Assembly: GCA_040375215.1 (NCBI GenBank)
Contig: JBEISW010000001.1
Span: 1-47,911 of the forward strand
Length of the DNA: 47,911 nt
Source: Crocinitomicaceae bacterium
Lineage (GTDB): Bacteria; Bacteroidota; Bacteroidia; Flavobacteriales_D; Sanyastnellaceae
Direction of reading: 5' to 3'
The notes under the pieces were generated by a model, which saw nothing but the letters and a program-made list of their open reading frames with translations, ran no database searches and had not been told where the DNA came from. Position 1 is the stretch's first letter. Each line of letters opens with the position of its first letter. Below, one piece after another: positions 8,018 through 18,757 of the stretch. Made by a program: the position numbers and the translations under genes.

Positions 8018-9223
8018 ATGCAACAAGGGCTCAAAGACAAAATCAAACAACGCGATTTCAAACTGCAATCGCTTTTGGAAATTACCAAAGCCATCAATGC
8101 CGACGTGCATATTGATGAACTTTTATCATTGTATCAAACCATCCTTATTGAGCAACTGCTCATTGGGAAAACGCTATTGGTCTCTACACAAGATCAACAT
8201 GTACAAACCCTGATGGTACATGGATTTGAGAACCCTTCTCAGTGGCATTCCCTCATTCAAGAAAATGCCAAAAAGAACAAGCCAAAAATTGAAACCATTG
8301 AGGCCAATGGAACACAAGTAGTTATTGTGCCCATTGAAAAAGATGGAGCTCCTATTGCATTTGTTGTTCTTGGAGACAACGATGAAGAGGAGATTAGTCT
8401 CAGTCCATCCATTAAGCACATGCGTTTTGTACAAACAATAACAAGCGTGCTTATTGTGGCGATTCAAAACAAAAAACTGATTGCTGAAAGCATTGCGCAA
8501 GCAGGATTAAAAAGAGAGTTGGAACTAGCAGCAGAAATGCAAAACATGCTTCTTCCCAAACATCTTCCCAAGACCAACTCCTTGTTGGTGGATGCTTATT
8601 ACAAATCGCATGGGCAAGTGGGGGGTGATTACTATGACTTCATTCAAATCAATGAGCATGAGTGGATCTGTTGCATGGCAGATGTTTCGGGTAAAGGTGT
8701 TAGTGCTGCATTTTTAATGGCTGGTTTACAAGCGCAATTAAGAGGGTTGATAGAATCTTATGGTTGTGATTTGGAGAAAATAATTTCCGCTCTCAATACC
8801 AAAGTTCTTGAATCCGCGCAAGGAGAAAAATTTGTCACTTTTTTCATCGGACATTACCATTCCAAAAACCAAGAATTCTCCTACATCAACTGCGGTCACA
8901 ATCCTGGATTTGTTTTTCATGACAACGCAAACACCTGGATGAACGCCCAAATCCCAGCATTGGGAATTATTGATGCATTTATAGGGCTCAAAAAAAACAT
9001 GCTTCATATCAACGCAGGCACTCATATTTTGCTCTATACGGATGGCTTGGTTGAAGTGGAAAATGAAATGCTCCAACCTTTTGGAGAAATTGGAATCTCT
9101 GAAGCATTTGAGCAATGGGGACAACAGTTTTCAAATGTGCAATTAATGGAAAAGGTGAATCATTATATAGGAAAAATGAAATTTATTGATGATATTGCTT
9201 TGATGCACATAGTGATTAAATGA
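8018..9223 (+). CDS. PP2C-type (SpoIIE/RsbU-like) serine phosphatase with an N-terminal GAF-like sensor region
   Basis: PP2C/SpoIIE motifs GGDYYDF, DVSGKGVSAAFLMAGL, NCGHNPG and LLYTDGLVEVEN. Confidence 0.8.
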   Translation: MQQGLKDKIKQRDFKLQSLLEITKAINADVHIDELLSLYQTILIEQLLIGKTLLVSTQDQHVQTLMVHGFENPSQWHSLIQENAKKNKPKIETIEANGTQVVIVPIEKDGAPIAFVVLGDNDEEEISLSPSIKHMRFVQTITSVLIVAIQNKKLIAESIAQAGLKRELELAAEMQNMLLPKHLPKTNSLLVDAYYKSHGQVGGDYYDFIQINEHEWICCMADVSGKGVSAAFLMAGLQAQLRGLIESYGCDLEKIISALNTKVLESAQGEKFVTFFIGHYHSKNQEFSYINCGHNPGFVFHDNANTWMNAQIPALGIIDAFIGLKKNMLHINAGTHILLYTDGLVEVENEMLQPFGEIGISEAFEQWGQQFSNVQLMEKVNHYIGKMKFIDDIALMHIVIK

Positions 9224-10848
9224 GTTCAGAAGAAAAAATAGCGCATTTAGAAAAACAAATCCTTGAAGCCAAGGAAATCAAAGAGACCATTCAGTATATC
9301 GTGGCTTCTGTATTGTCGCAAAACACAATAAAAGATGTTCTATGGCAAATTGTTCACAATTGCATCCGACATCTAGGCTTCACTGATTGCGTTATATATC
9401 TTTATCAAGAGAATGCCAATGTTTTGATTCAATCTGCAGCACTGGAAAATAAAACCATTTCTTTTCAGGAAATCAACAATCCCATTAAATTGAAAATTGG
9501 TGAAGGAATTGTTGGAAGTGCCGCTTTTTCAAGAAAAGCGGAGGTTATCAATGACACATCCAAGGATAGTCGATACATAATTGATGACGCCTCAAGACTT
9601 TCAGAAATTGCTGTTCCTATTTTGTTGGGAGACAAACTCATTGGGGTAATAGACAGTGAACATCCCGAGAAAAACTTTTACACCCCGAGACATTTAGAAA
9701 TTCTTTCCACCATAGCATCCTTGTGTGCTTTCAAAATTGATAGTCTTTACACAATGGAGAAAATGCAACGGGTCAATGCTCAATTGCGCATTGCGCAAAA
9801 AATTGCGCAAATGGGGTCGTGGGAATATCATATCAATACAGGAAAAATCCATTTCCATACAAGGGTAGAAGAAATGATGATAAAAACATCAAACGAACCC
9901 GGATTGACTTTTGATGAGTTTGAGAAAAACCTTCACCCTTCAGACGCAAAAACATTTAGAGCTAACTGGATTCTTTTCCTAGAAAAAGATATTGCAGAGC
10001 CTGGGTACATGAGAATTATTCTCAATGGCCATGAGCGTGAAATCTTGTGGAGAATAGCGGACAAAAAGTACATCGAGTTTGATAAGTCAGGAATTATTCC
10101 AGGAGTGTTTTTAGACATCACAGACCTTAGAAATCTTGAGAAAGAAAAGGGACATCTGATACTTGAATTAACCAAAAGAAATCAAGCACTTTCTCAATTC
10201 AACAAAATCATCTCACATAACCTCAGAGCCCCAGTTGCCAATATTCTGGGTATCCTAAGTCTTTTGGAACACATTCCTCCAGAAGAGGAAGATTACAAAG
10301 AACTCCAGAATGAACTGGCCCATTTAGCAGCCGGAGTAGATGGCATTATCAAAGATCTAAACGGAGCGCTTAGTCACAATATTGAAATCAACGAAGCCAA
10401 ATCTAAAATTCTTTTTGAAGATATTATTCATTCCAATATTGATCTTTTGTCTGCAGCAATAAAAGAAGTTAATCCCACCATCCGATTGAATTGCAAAGCA
10501 GAATACGCATTTGGTTTTCCAGCCTACCTCAACTCCATTTTTTACAACCTCCTAGCCAATGCGATGAAGTATAGGCAGCCCGACAAAACACTAGTCATCG
10601 ATATTTCCACACATACAGATATGACCGATGTTCATATTGTTTTCAAAGACAACGGAAGAGGTTTAAATACATCAAAATCTGATGATAAAATTTTTGGTCT
10701 GTATTCAAGATTTCACAAAGAAATAGAAGGCAAAGGGCTCGGGTTATTTATTACCAAACAGCAAATAGAATTCATGGGGGGTAACATATTTGCCGAGGGT
10801 AAAGAAAATGAAGGGTTAACCGTTCACATTCAACTTCCTAAAATGTAA
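9220..10848 (+). CDS. GAF-PAS sensor histidine kinase
   Basis: ATGA overlap with the phosphatase gene. GAF-like stretch GEGIVGSAA...SEIAVPIL, H-box ISHNLRAPVANI, and HATPase boxes NLLANAMKY, DNGRGL and GKGLGLFI. Confidence 0.85.
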   Translation: MSSEEKIAHLEKQILEAKEIKETIQYIVASVLSQNTIKDVLWQIVHNCIRHLGFTDCVIYLYQENANVLIQSAALENKTISFQEINNPIKLKIGEGIVGSAAFSRKAEVINDTSKDSRYIIDDASRLSEIAVPILLGDKLIGVIDSEHPEKNFYTPRHLEILSTIASLCAFKIDSLYTMEKMQRVNAQLRIAQKIAQMGSWEYHINTGKIHFHTRVEEMMIKTSNEPGLTFDEFEKNLHPSDAKTFRANWILFLEKDIAEPGYMRIILNGHEREILWRIADKKYIEFDKSGIIPGVFLDITDLRNLEKEKGHLILELTKRNQALSQFNKIISHNLRAPVANILGILSLLEHIPPEEEDYKELQNELAHLAAGVDGIIKDLNGALSHNIEINEAKSKILFEDIIHSNIDLLSAAIKEVNPTIRLNCKAEYAFGFPAYLNSIFYNLLANAMKYRQPDKTLVIDISTHTDMTDVHIVFKDNGRGLNTSKSDDKIFGLYSRFHKEIEGKGLGLFITKQQIEFMGGNIFAEGKENEGLTVHIQLPKM

Positions 10849-10853
10849 GCATT

Positions 10854-11240
10854 ATGATCATCATCATAGACGACGATCCAATAAGCAGCAAAATTGCGGC
10901 GCTTTCCATCAAAAAAGGAATATCTGAAAGAGAATGCGTCATTTTTAACAATCCTGAAGTTGCATTAAAAGAAATCCATGAACTCAAAGAGACTCAACCT
11001 GAACTAAACCCTCTTTTACTCATTGATATCAACATGCCTGAAATGAATGGCTGGGAATTCATTGAAGCGCTCAACAAACTAATACCAGAGTCAGAAAATC
11101 GTTATTTGGGAATGATTCTGTCATCCTCTGTCGACCCCGCCGACATTGATAAAGCCAAGAGCTATCAGCGTATTGTCCAATTCCTAACCAAGCCGTTTAC
11201 ACAGGAAACAACGCAAATTCTCAAACAATTTCTTGCCTAA
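10854..11240 (+). CDS. Stand-alone response regulator receiver (CheY-like)
   Basis: IIIIDDD acidic pocket, LLLIDINMPEMNGWEF (phospho-acceptor Asp), and K in LTKPF. 128 aa with no output domain. Confidence 0.85.
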   Translation: MIIIIDDDPISSKIAALSIKKGISERECVIFNNPEVALKEIHELKETQPELNPLLLIDINMPEMNGWEFIEALNKLIPESENRYLGMILSSSVDPADIDKAKSYQRIVQFLTKPFTQETTQILKQFLA

Positions 11241-12636
11241 CCTTTGTGTCTCGGTAAACCAGGTATGAAATAGCCACCCAAAAGGGAACGGCTATTTTAT
11301 CTGAATCCAAAAAGTTATTTAAAAAACCATGGGCAAAGTAAGTTACTATTCCCAAAAACAACCCCATAACGATCAGCTTTTCCTCATATTCACTAATGTT
11401 TCCGTATATCCTAAACCCCATGAACATGACCAATAAAACAAAAGATATATAAATCAACATTCCAATCAAACCCTGCTCAGATAAAGGCCCCAAAAACTCA
11501 GAATGTGCATTACCCCCATCGCCTCGGTTGGTGCTAATGATGGTCTTATCCTGCGCGCGCTGGAAAGGGGCATAAACAAATTGATACATGCCAGGTCCCC
11601 AACCCACTAAAGGACGCTCACTATACATGGCAATGGCGCAATTCCATCGGTTTAATCGCTCTAAGTTGGAAGCGTCAGATGATACATTGGATATTGATTT
11701 GATGTGCTCATCCATTTTATCCGAACTCTCTTTCTTATTTCGATTCAAAGAAATTTGAATATCGTCCCAATACACAGTGGTCATTGTTCCCAAAACCAAA
11801 CCGGAAAACAAAACCCACTTGAATGGTACTTTCATCACCATGAGCATTCCTATTCCAGCCGCAAATACAACGGAAAGCCATGCTGCGCGCGTGTATGATA
11901 AAATTAGCCCGATGGTCAAAACCAAACTACCCGTAACATAAAAAAAACGCAACAACGGGTTGTGTTGCTTTGAAAACAACTGCAAAATCACAAACGGGAA
12001 AACCAATGCCAATGCCGCGCCATATACCGTATGGTCTTTAAACAAGGGCTCCATAACCCAATGTGCTGAATCTTTATCAAATCCATGCATAGAATGTCTG
12101 ATAATCGTGTATCCTATGGCCAAAATCAATGTCATAAAATACAACCGATACATCTTTTCGGGCTGTATATGCTTCTCAAAAAGCGGAACCAACAACAAGA
12201 AACAAGGGACAATGTACCACGCTCTTGCAATGATGTACTTCAATGAAACCAGAGGGTCTTCGCTCGTCATTGTGGTTATCAGCATCCAAGAAAAATAGAT
12301 CGCCACCCACCAAATCAATGGATGCTTAAAATACAATTTCCTACCCAACGCAAATTGCCACAAGCCCAATAAAAAGAGACCCATCAACAACAATTCTGTT
12401 GGAATAATCAAACCCACTCCATCTATATCCAATTCAGACAAATCAACACTCAATGGTGTAACAAAAGCAATCATGTAGAACGTCCAATGCATTCTAAAAA
12501 TGGTCATGATGACCACTATTCCCACCAAGGGAATGAGGGACAAATAAAAAAATTCAAAATAGAAGGAAAAAAACAAGCAAAGGGCGTACAACAAGCCCAA
12601 GATCAAAACCTTCCTTTGCATTGCGGTTTCCAACAT
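11221..12636 (-). CDS. O-antigen ligase/polymerase-like (Wzy_C) polytopic membrane protein
   Basis: About 10-12 TM segments around a central loop (SYTRAAWLS...). A periplasmic loop carries GNAHSEFL, which is typical of the family. Confidence 0.65.
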   Translation of the reverse strand: MLETAMQRKVLILGLLYALCLFFSFYFEFFYLSLIPLVGIVVIMTIFRMHWTFYMIAFVTPLSVDLSELDIDGVGLIIPTELLLMGLFLLGLWQFALGRKLYFKHPLIWWVAIYFSWMLITTMTSEDPLVSLKYIIARAWYIVPCFLLLVPLFEKHIQPEKMYRLYFMTLILAIGYTIIRHSMHGFDKDSAHWVMEPLFKDHTVYGAALALVFPFVILQLFSKQHNPLLRFFYVTGSLVLTIGLILSYTRAAWLSVVFAAGIGMLMVMKVPFKWVLFSGLVLGTMTTVYWDDIQISLNRNKKESSDKMDEHIKSISNVSSDASNLERLNRWNCAIAMYSERPLVGWGPGMYQFVYAPFQRAQDKTIISTNRGDGGNAHSEFLGPLSEQGLIGMLIYISFVLLVMFMGFRIYGNISEYEEKLIVMGLFLGIVTYFAHGFLNNFLDSDKIAVPFWVAISYLVYRDTKVRQEIV

Positions 12637-12639
12637 GGA

Positions 12640-13659
12640 CTATAACTTTTCTTGTGCCTTAATGCTCCGCCAATAGTTCAAGACCAAAATGACAAAAACA
12701 CCAAAAATCAAGGCTGATACCGTAGAAACAGCAACAATCAACCATCTGATGGGGTATGACTTTTTATCTGCCTCAGCTGCGCTATCCAAAATAAACTTTG
12801 CAGGCAAATCCGATTCAATATCAATCTTCATCAACTCATGACGCTTACGCAAAATATCCAATTTCTCATGAGCCGCCTCAATATCTAAATCCAGTTTATT
12901 AAAGGCTGTGCCATATTTGGACAATCGATCCATCTCAGCCTTAATCTCTTTTGCCCTATCTGGATGACCCTTTGAAATGGAAGAACTGTAATCTTTCATC
13001 AAAGCCTCAATCTGATCCTTGTAGTCATAAACACCAAATTTTCTCAATGCGGTCATGCTGTCCTCCATTGATTTAAGCTCACTCTCTTGAAAACGCAATG
13101 TGGACTCTGCATAATTAAAGGCATCCCTTGCTCTATCACTGCGCATTCTATTGCTCACTGAATCCGTATACTCCGCTATGGCATTGGCCATATTCATTGC
13201 CCGCTTAGGGTCTGCATCGTAAACTTCAATTTCAATACCGCCAAACTTGGTCAAACTAGCACTGACATTTTTGTTGTATTCTTTGCCAATCAGCGTGTTG
13301 GCACCAGGATCTGATTTGGGTATTTCATAAACTGTCCAAAGGTCAAATCGATCAATGACCTTGGTTTTGATTTGATCAGAGTTAATCACCTGCATCAAGC
13401 GCTCAGCATCCTCCTCTTCTCCATAAGCCAATACATCCTCTTTCTTTTGCTCCTCCAACATCTGCTCCCCAAAGGAGTGCTGCTGTGTCGCAAACAAAAC
13501 AACAGTGCTCTTGTATTTCTCTTGAATCATAAAAGAAACAATGGCAGACAAAACAGCTGTAACCAAGCCAATAATCATCAAGGGCTTTCTGTTCTGTAAA
13601 ATCAATAATATCAAATTCTCTGAAGACTCTGGTTGTTGGCTATTTTCCATCTTTTTCAT
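12640..13659 (-). CDS. Wzz-like polysaccharide chain-length determinant protein
   Basis: N- and C-terminal TM helices flank a coiled-coil periplasmic domain. The N-terminus reads LILQNRKPLMIIGLVTAVLSAIVSF..YKST. Sits next to the Wzy-like gene. Confidence 0.65.
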   Translation of the reverse strand: MKKMENSQQPESSENLILLILQNRKPLMIIGLVTAVLSAIVSFMIQEKYKSTVVLFATQQHSFGEQMLEEQKKEDVLAYGEEEDAERLMQVINSDQIKTKVIDRFDLWTVYEIPKSDPGANTLIGKEYNKNVSASLTKFGGIEIEVYDADPKRAMNMANAIAEYTDSVSNRMRSDRARDAFNYAESTLRFQESELKSMEDSMTALRKFGVYDYKDQIEALMKDYSSSISKGHPDRAKEIKAEMDRLSKYGTAFNKLDLDIEAAHEKLDILRKRHELMKIDIESDLPAKFILDSAAEADKKSYPIRWLIVAVSTVSALIFGVFVILVLNYWRSIKAQEKL

Positions 13660-13790
13660 TTAACAAGGCACGACAAAACGAAAAAATAAACAATTTATTT
13701 CGCGGTGCAATTTTAGACCAATTCCTTGAATTTTGAAGCTCCGACCCCCGCAAAAGGTAGTTTTAAGCAAATAAATCTTGAAAATTCTGA

Positions 13791-15365
<1,575 letters not shown>

Positions 15366-15370
15366 TCGTC

Positions 15371-15607
15371 ATGCATATAGAAATCATCACCCCCGATACC
15401 ACACTCTTTCAAGGCGAAGCTACCTACGTATTCTTGCCAGGAAGTGATGGAAGTTTGGGCGTAATGAACAACCACGCTCCGCTTATTTCTAGCCTTAAAA
15501 AAGGCACATTGCGTGTTCAAGACGCCAATGGTAAGGAAATGAAGTTCGAGGTGAATGGCGGAACCGTAGAGGTTCTAAATAACAAAGTGGTTGTTCTAGC
15601 TGAGTAA
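15371..15607 (+). CDS. atpC: F1 ATP synthase epsilon subunit (short form)
   Basis: Immediately follows atpD. IITPDTTLFQGEA...LPGSDGSLGVMNNHAPLIS matches the epsilon N-terminal beta-sandwich. A terminator follows. Confidence 0.85.
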   Translation: MHIEIITPDTTLFQGEATYVFLPGSDGSLGVMNNHAPLISSLKKGTLRVQDANGKEMKFEVNGGTVEVLNNKVVVLAE

Positions 15608-15625
15608 TCTTGTTGATCACATTTG

Positions 15626-15653
15626 AAATAGCGCCATTAGGCGCTATTTTTTT
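15626..15653 (+). terminator. Rho-independent terminator after atpC
   Basis: atagcgcc-atta-ggcgctat followed by a T-run. Confidence 0.8.
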
Positions 15654-15712
15654 GTCCTTTATCCAAGAACCTTTTTCCTTTTTATCGAACCAATTGGGTT
15701 TTACAACCCAAC

Positions 15713-15740
15713 AAAAAAGGCCACCACACGGTGACCTTTT
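15713..15740 (-). terminator. Rho-independent terminator after the TPR gene
   Basis: On the minus strand: ggtcacc-gtgt-ggtggcc (one G-U pair) followed by TTTTTT. Confidence 0.7.
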
Positions 15741-15759
15741 CAATATTTAAAACTCCAAA

Positions 15760-17571
15760 TTACTCTTTAGGTGCCTCTTGAGGAGCAACCTCTTCCTTCT
15801 TCTTTGCAGTCAAAGAAGGCAATACGGCGCACACTGTGGCATCCGCTGCCTGCATCTCTTTCTCCGCCAACATCTCATTGGCGCGCTTGTGCGCTCCATC
15901 CAATGTTAGTACAATACTCCAAGCCGCTTTAGCACAACCGTCATCATTGTTTCTAGCGTAATAAACCCCTAAGTAATCATAAGCTTCTGCAAGACCTTTC
16001 TTGCTCTTCTCTATCGTTCCTGGGATATTCACCTCAGCTTCTGCAATACGAGTGATGTACCTCTCAAAATGTGGCTTACCCAAACCTTTAAAATCATCAG
16101 CAACCTCCATGCGATTGTTGGCTTTAGCCCTCATCAATGTGGCTTCAAAATACTGTTCTTCTACTGTTGCAAATACTGAATCCGCTCTCATGTAGTTTTT
16201 AGACAAATATAAATTTTGAGCCCAGTTGAAATAATCCAATGGCTTTCCACCCAAACGCTTGATTTTCTTTTCAGTCCATTTAGCCACGTTGTCAAATTTC
16301 TTTGCCTTCTTATACAACTCTATGATCTCATCATAACCGGACTTATAAGCGGTATCCACTTCCATTCCTTTGGCGATCATGGCAATTCCCAAACTGTCTT
16401 GTCCCAATGCATTCAGCAACTTTCCTTTTACAGCATAATCCGCTCCGGTAATGTACTTGGTATCCTGAACTTTTGTAAAGAAAGCATCAATATTCACCAA
16501 ACCTTTGGCATAGTCACCTGTTTCCAAACATGTATAAGCCAATACTCGATACATAACGGCATTGTTTGGATTACATGGCAACGTACGCTCCAACTCCATC
16601 ATCGCCTTAGCATAATCTTTGGCCAAGAACAAAAATGTAGAGTAACGTTGAGAAGCACTGCAACTATTATTCAATTTCAAATAAGAATCATAAGCCTCAA
16701 CTGCTTGAGAAAAACGTTGAGCCGACTTCAACAACTCAGCCTTCTCTCTGTATGCTGGAGCAAAATTAGGCTCGATCTTGATGGCCTCATTGTAAAACTC
16801 CAGGGCCTTATCCCAGTTCTCTACTTGCTTGTACAATACCCCTTTCTTCAACACTGCAATAACATTCAAAGGATCGATGGTCATGGCCTTGTTGTACTGC
16901 TCAATGGCTTTACTCAAATTACTGGCCTCGATGCCTGATGCATACTTGCGTGCAGCATCTTCATAATCTCCCCAAACAACAAACAAATCACGGTTCTTTG
17001 GATTGCGCTTCAACACCTCGTTCAATGCCAAATTGGCCTTAGCCAAATCTTCCTTTCTTCCATATGAACTATAAGTAGACGCAACTCCTAAAAGAGCCTC
17101 TTGAGTCAACTCTTTGGTCAATTTCAATTTTTTGTCCAAAGCTTGAGTGTTGGCATAAGTCAATTTGGTGTCCATAGCAACGATATCCTTTTTCCAGCCC
17201 AAAACTCCAGCAGCACCAATATGGTTCATGGGATTGCCATCCATAATACGAGCTCCTTTTTCAAACATCATCATGGCGCTATCCATTTTCTCCAACACCA
17301 ATGAGGCGTTCTCAGATTCTGACAAAGCCCATTTCATGTAGTTATCCCCCGTTTGATAATAAATAGTAGACAACTTCATGGCAGCATCTGGCTCCTGTCT
17401 GCCCATGGCAGCATTGCCAAAACCGATCAACTTTCCGTATTCACTGGAAGCCTTTTCAAATTGCTCATTGCGCTTCAATAACGCTGCAGATTCTACGGTT
17501 TGCGCATTTACCTTCACAACCATGGCGAACAACACCGCCATCATCGTACCCAACTTAATCCTGTAATTCAT
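15760..17571 (-). CDS. Secreted TPR-repeat protein, last gene of the ExbBD-TonB cluster
   Basis: Signal peptide (MMAVLFAMVVKVNAQ) followed by repeated TPR-like A..Y..A....P motifs across 603 aa. Confidence 0.75.
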   Translation of the reverse strand: MNYRIKLGTMMAVLFAMVVKVNAQTVESAALLKRNEQFEKASSEYGKLIGFGNAAMGRQEPDAAMKLSTIYYQTGDNYMKWALSESENASLVLEKMDSAMMMFEKGARIMDGNPMNHIGAAGVLGWKKDIVAMDTKLTYANTQALDKKLKLTKELTQEALLGVASTYSSYGRKEDLAKANLALNEVLKRNPKNRDLFVVWGDYEDAARKYASGIEASNLSKAIEQYNKAMTIDPLNVIAVLKKGVLYKQVENWDKALEFYNEAIKIEPNFAPAYREKAELLKSAQRFSQAVEAYDSYLKLNNSCSASQRYSTFLFLAKDYAKAMMELERTLPCNPNNAVMYRVLAYTCLETGDYAKGLVNIDAFFTKVQDTKYITGADYAVKGKLLNALGQDSLGIAMIAKGMEVDTAYKSGYDEIIELYKKAKKFDNVAKWTEKKIKRLGGKPLDYFNWAQNLYLSKNYMRADSVFATVEEQYFEATLMRAKANNRMEVADDFKGLGKPHFERYITRIAEAEVNIPGTIEKSKKGLAEAYDYLGVYYARNNDDGCAKAAWSIVLTLDGAHKRANEMLAEKEMQAADATVCAVLPSLTAKKKEEVAPQEAPKE

Positions 17572-17576
17572 AACAC

Positions 17577-18497
17577 TTATTGTTTGATTTTAATTGTTCT
17601 AACTGGAGCCTTGGCTGCAACCATTCCCATTTTGTGAATGATCAATTGTCCTTTCTCTCCTGCAAGGTGAGAAACAAAGCCTGTGCCAAGGGTTTCTTTT
17701 AATCCTGTTCTTATCGCATACACATCCCTACGGTAAGGATAGGACTGATCAAAAATATACGCTTGATAAGGTTTACGCGCATATTTAGCTTGCTTTTGAT
17801 TGTTGTCATTTATTACACCAACAACTTTAATTTTTTCCATAAATGACAAGGATGTAGAATCATCTCGATCACTAATCCATGATACGCTAATTACTCCTAT
17901 CGCTTCAGGATGTGACGCCACATAATCTATTACCTCTTGATTGCTTTCTGTTGCGAAAAAATTATCCGGGATTGGCGCATTGCGCAAAAACTCTTCTCTA
18001 ATAAATCTTGCATTGCATGATGCTTTGTTATCCAATACCACATTAATCGGAGCATTTTTTCCCTTCAAATCACTCCAGTTTTTGACTTGTCCATTCATAA
18101 TGGATTTCACTTGGTCTGTCGTCAAAACTGTATCCTTGTTGGATGGATGGATGATAAAAGCAACTCCATCTACTGCAATGCGCACCATTTCAGGAAAACG
18201 CTTCTTGGATTCAAACATTTTCAATTCCTCATCTGTCAATCGACGATTAATAATCGCCGCCTGAATGCTATCCTTCAGCAATAAATTAATGACTTCAGTT
18301 TCTGGCAAATACTGAGCTTGAACATCTGCATTGGCATAGAACTCTTCAAATACGTCTATTTGCGATTCCATCATCAATTGGTAAGATACATCCACGCCCA
18401 ATTTCAGTTTACCGGCTGAAATGGATTCTTTGGTGCGATCATAATTACCACAACCCAATACCATTAAGGCCATTAGAATTCCTACAATACTTCTCAT
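17577..18497 (-). CDS. PstS-family (PBP-like 2) substrate-binding lipoprotein
   Basis: Lipobox LMVLGCG. IAVDGVAFIIHPSN...TTDQVKSIMNGQVKNWSDL is typical of the phosphate-binding-protein fold. The ATG overlaps the upstream small ORF (ATGA). Confidence 0.7.
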   Translation of the reverse strand: MRSIVGILMALMVLGCGNYDRTKESISAGKLKLGVDVSYQLMMESQIDVFEEFYANADVQAQYLPETEVINLLLKDSIQAAIINRRLTDEELKMFESKKRFPEMVRIAVDGVAFIIHPSNKDTVLTTDQVKSIMNGQVKNWSDLKGKNAPINVVLDNKASCNARFIREEFLRNAPIPDNFFATESNQEVIDYVASHPEAIGVISVSWISDRDDSTSLSFMEKIKVVGVINDNNQKQAKYARKPYQAYIFDQSYPYRRDVYAIRTGLKETLGTGFVSHLAGEKGQLIIHKMGMVAAKAPVRTIKIKQ

Positions 18498-18694
18498 TCG
18501 TTTATTTTTAGCATGAGCCTTCTAGCCCTGATGATGGTATAAGTCAATACAACAACTACAAACGCATATCGGTACCAACCTGTCACTACATCATCCATAA
18601 GCGGCGTGGCCAATACCAACACCAACATAAACATCATCATTACAATGGTTATGATTGCCAAAATGGTAGAGAAGTTTAGCTTTCCTTTTAACAT
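18494..18694 (-). CDS. Small two-TM membrane protein (66 aa)
   Basis: ATG at 18694 (MLKGKLNFSTILAIITIVMMMF...). Two hydrophobic helices. The stop codon overlaps the PstS-like start codon. Sits between tonB and the pstS-like gene. Confidence 0.5.
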   Translation of the reverse strand: MLKGKLNFSTILAIITIVMMMFMLVLVLATPLMDDVVTGWYRYAFVVVVLTYTIIRARRLMLKINE

Positions 18695-18757
18695 GCGGTG
18701 CAAAGATACATTGAGTGCGCAATACAAATGAAAAAAGGGGCTTGCGCCCCTTTAAGA

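Noticed and set aside
11221-11240. 20-nt convergent overlap between the response regulator gene and the Wzy-like gene (also 965-976 and 43313-43316)
   Set aside because: Short convergent 3' overlaps are common in compact genomes. No extra structure or signal is visible, so I do not treat them as regulatory.
16216-16938. 240-aa plus-strand ORF inside the TPR gene
   Set aside because: It is fully antisense to a well-supported TPR protein gene. Its sequence is Leu/Ile/Ser/Gln-rich with no motifs. Its only start context lies inside another gene.
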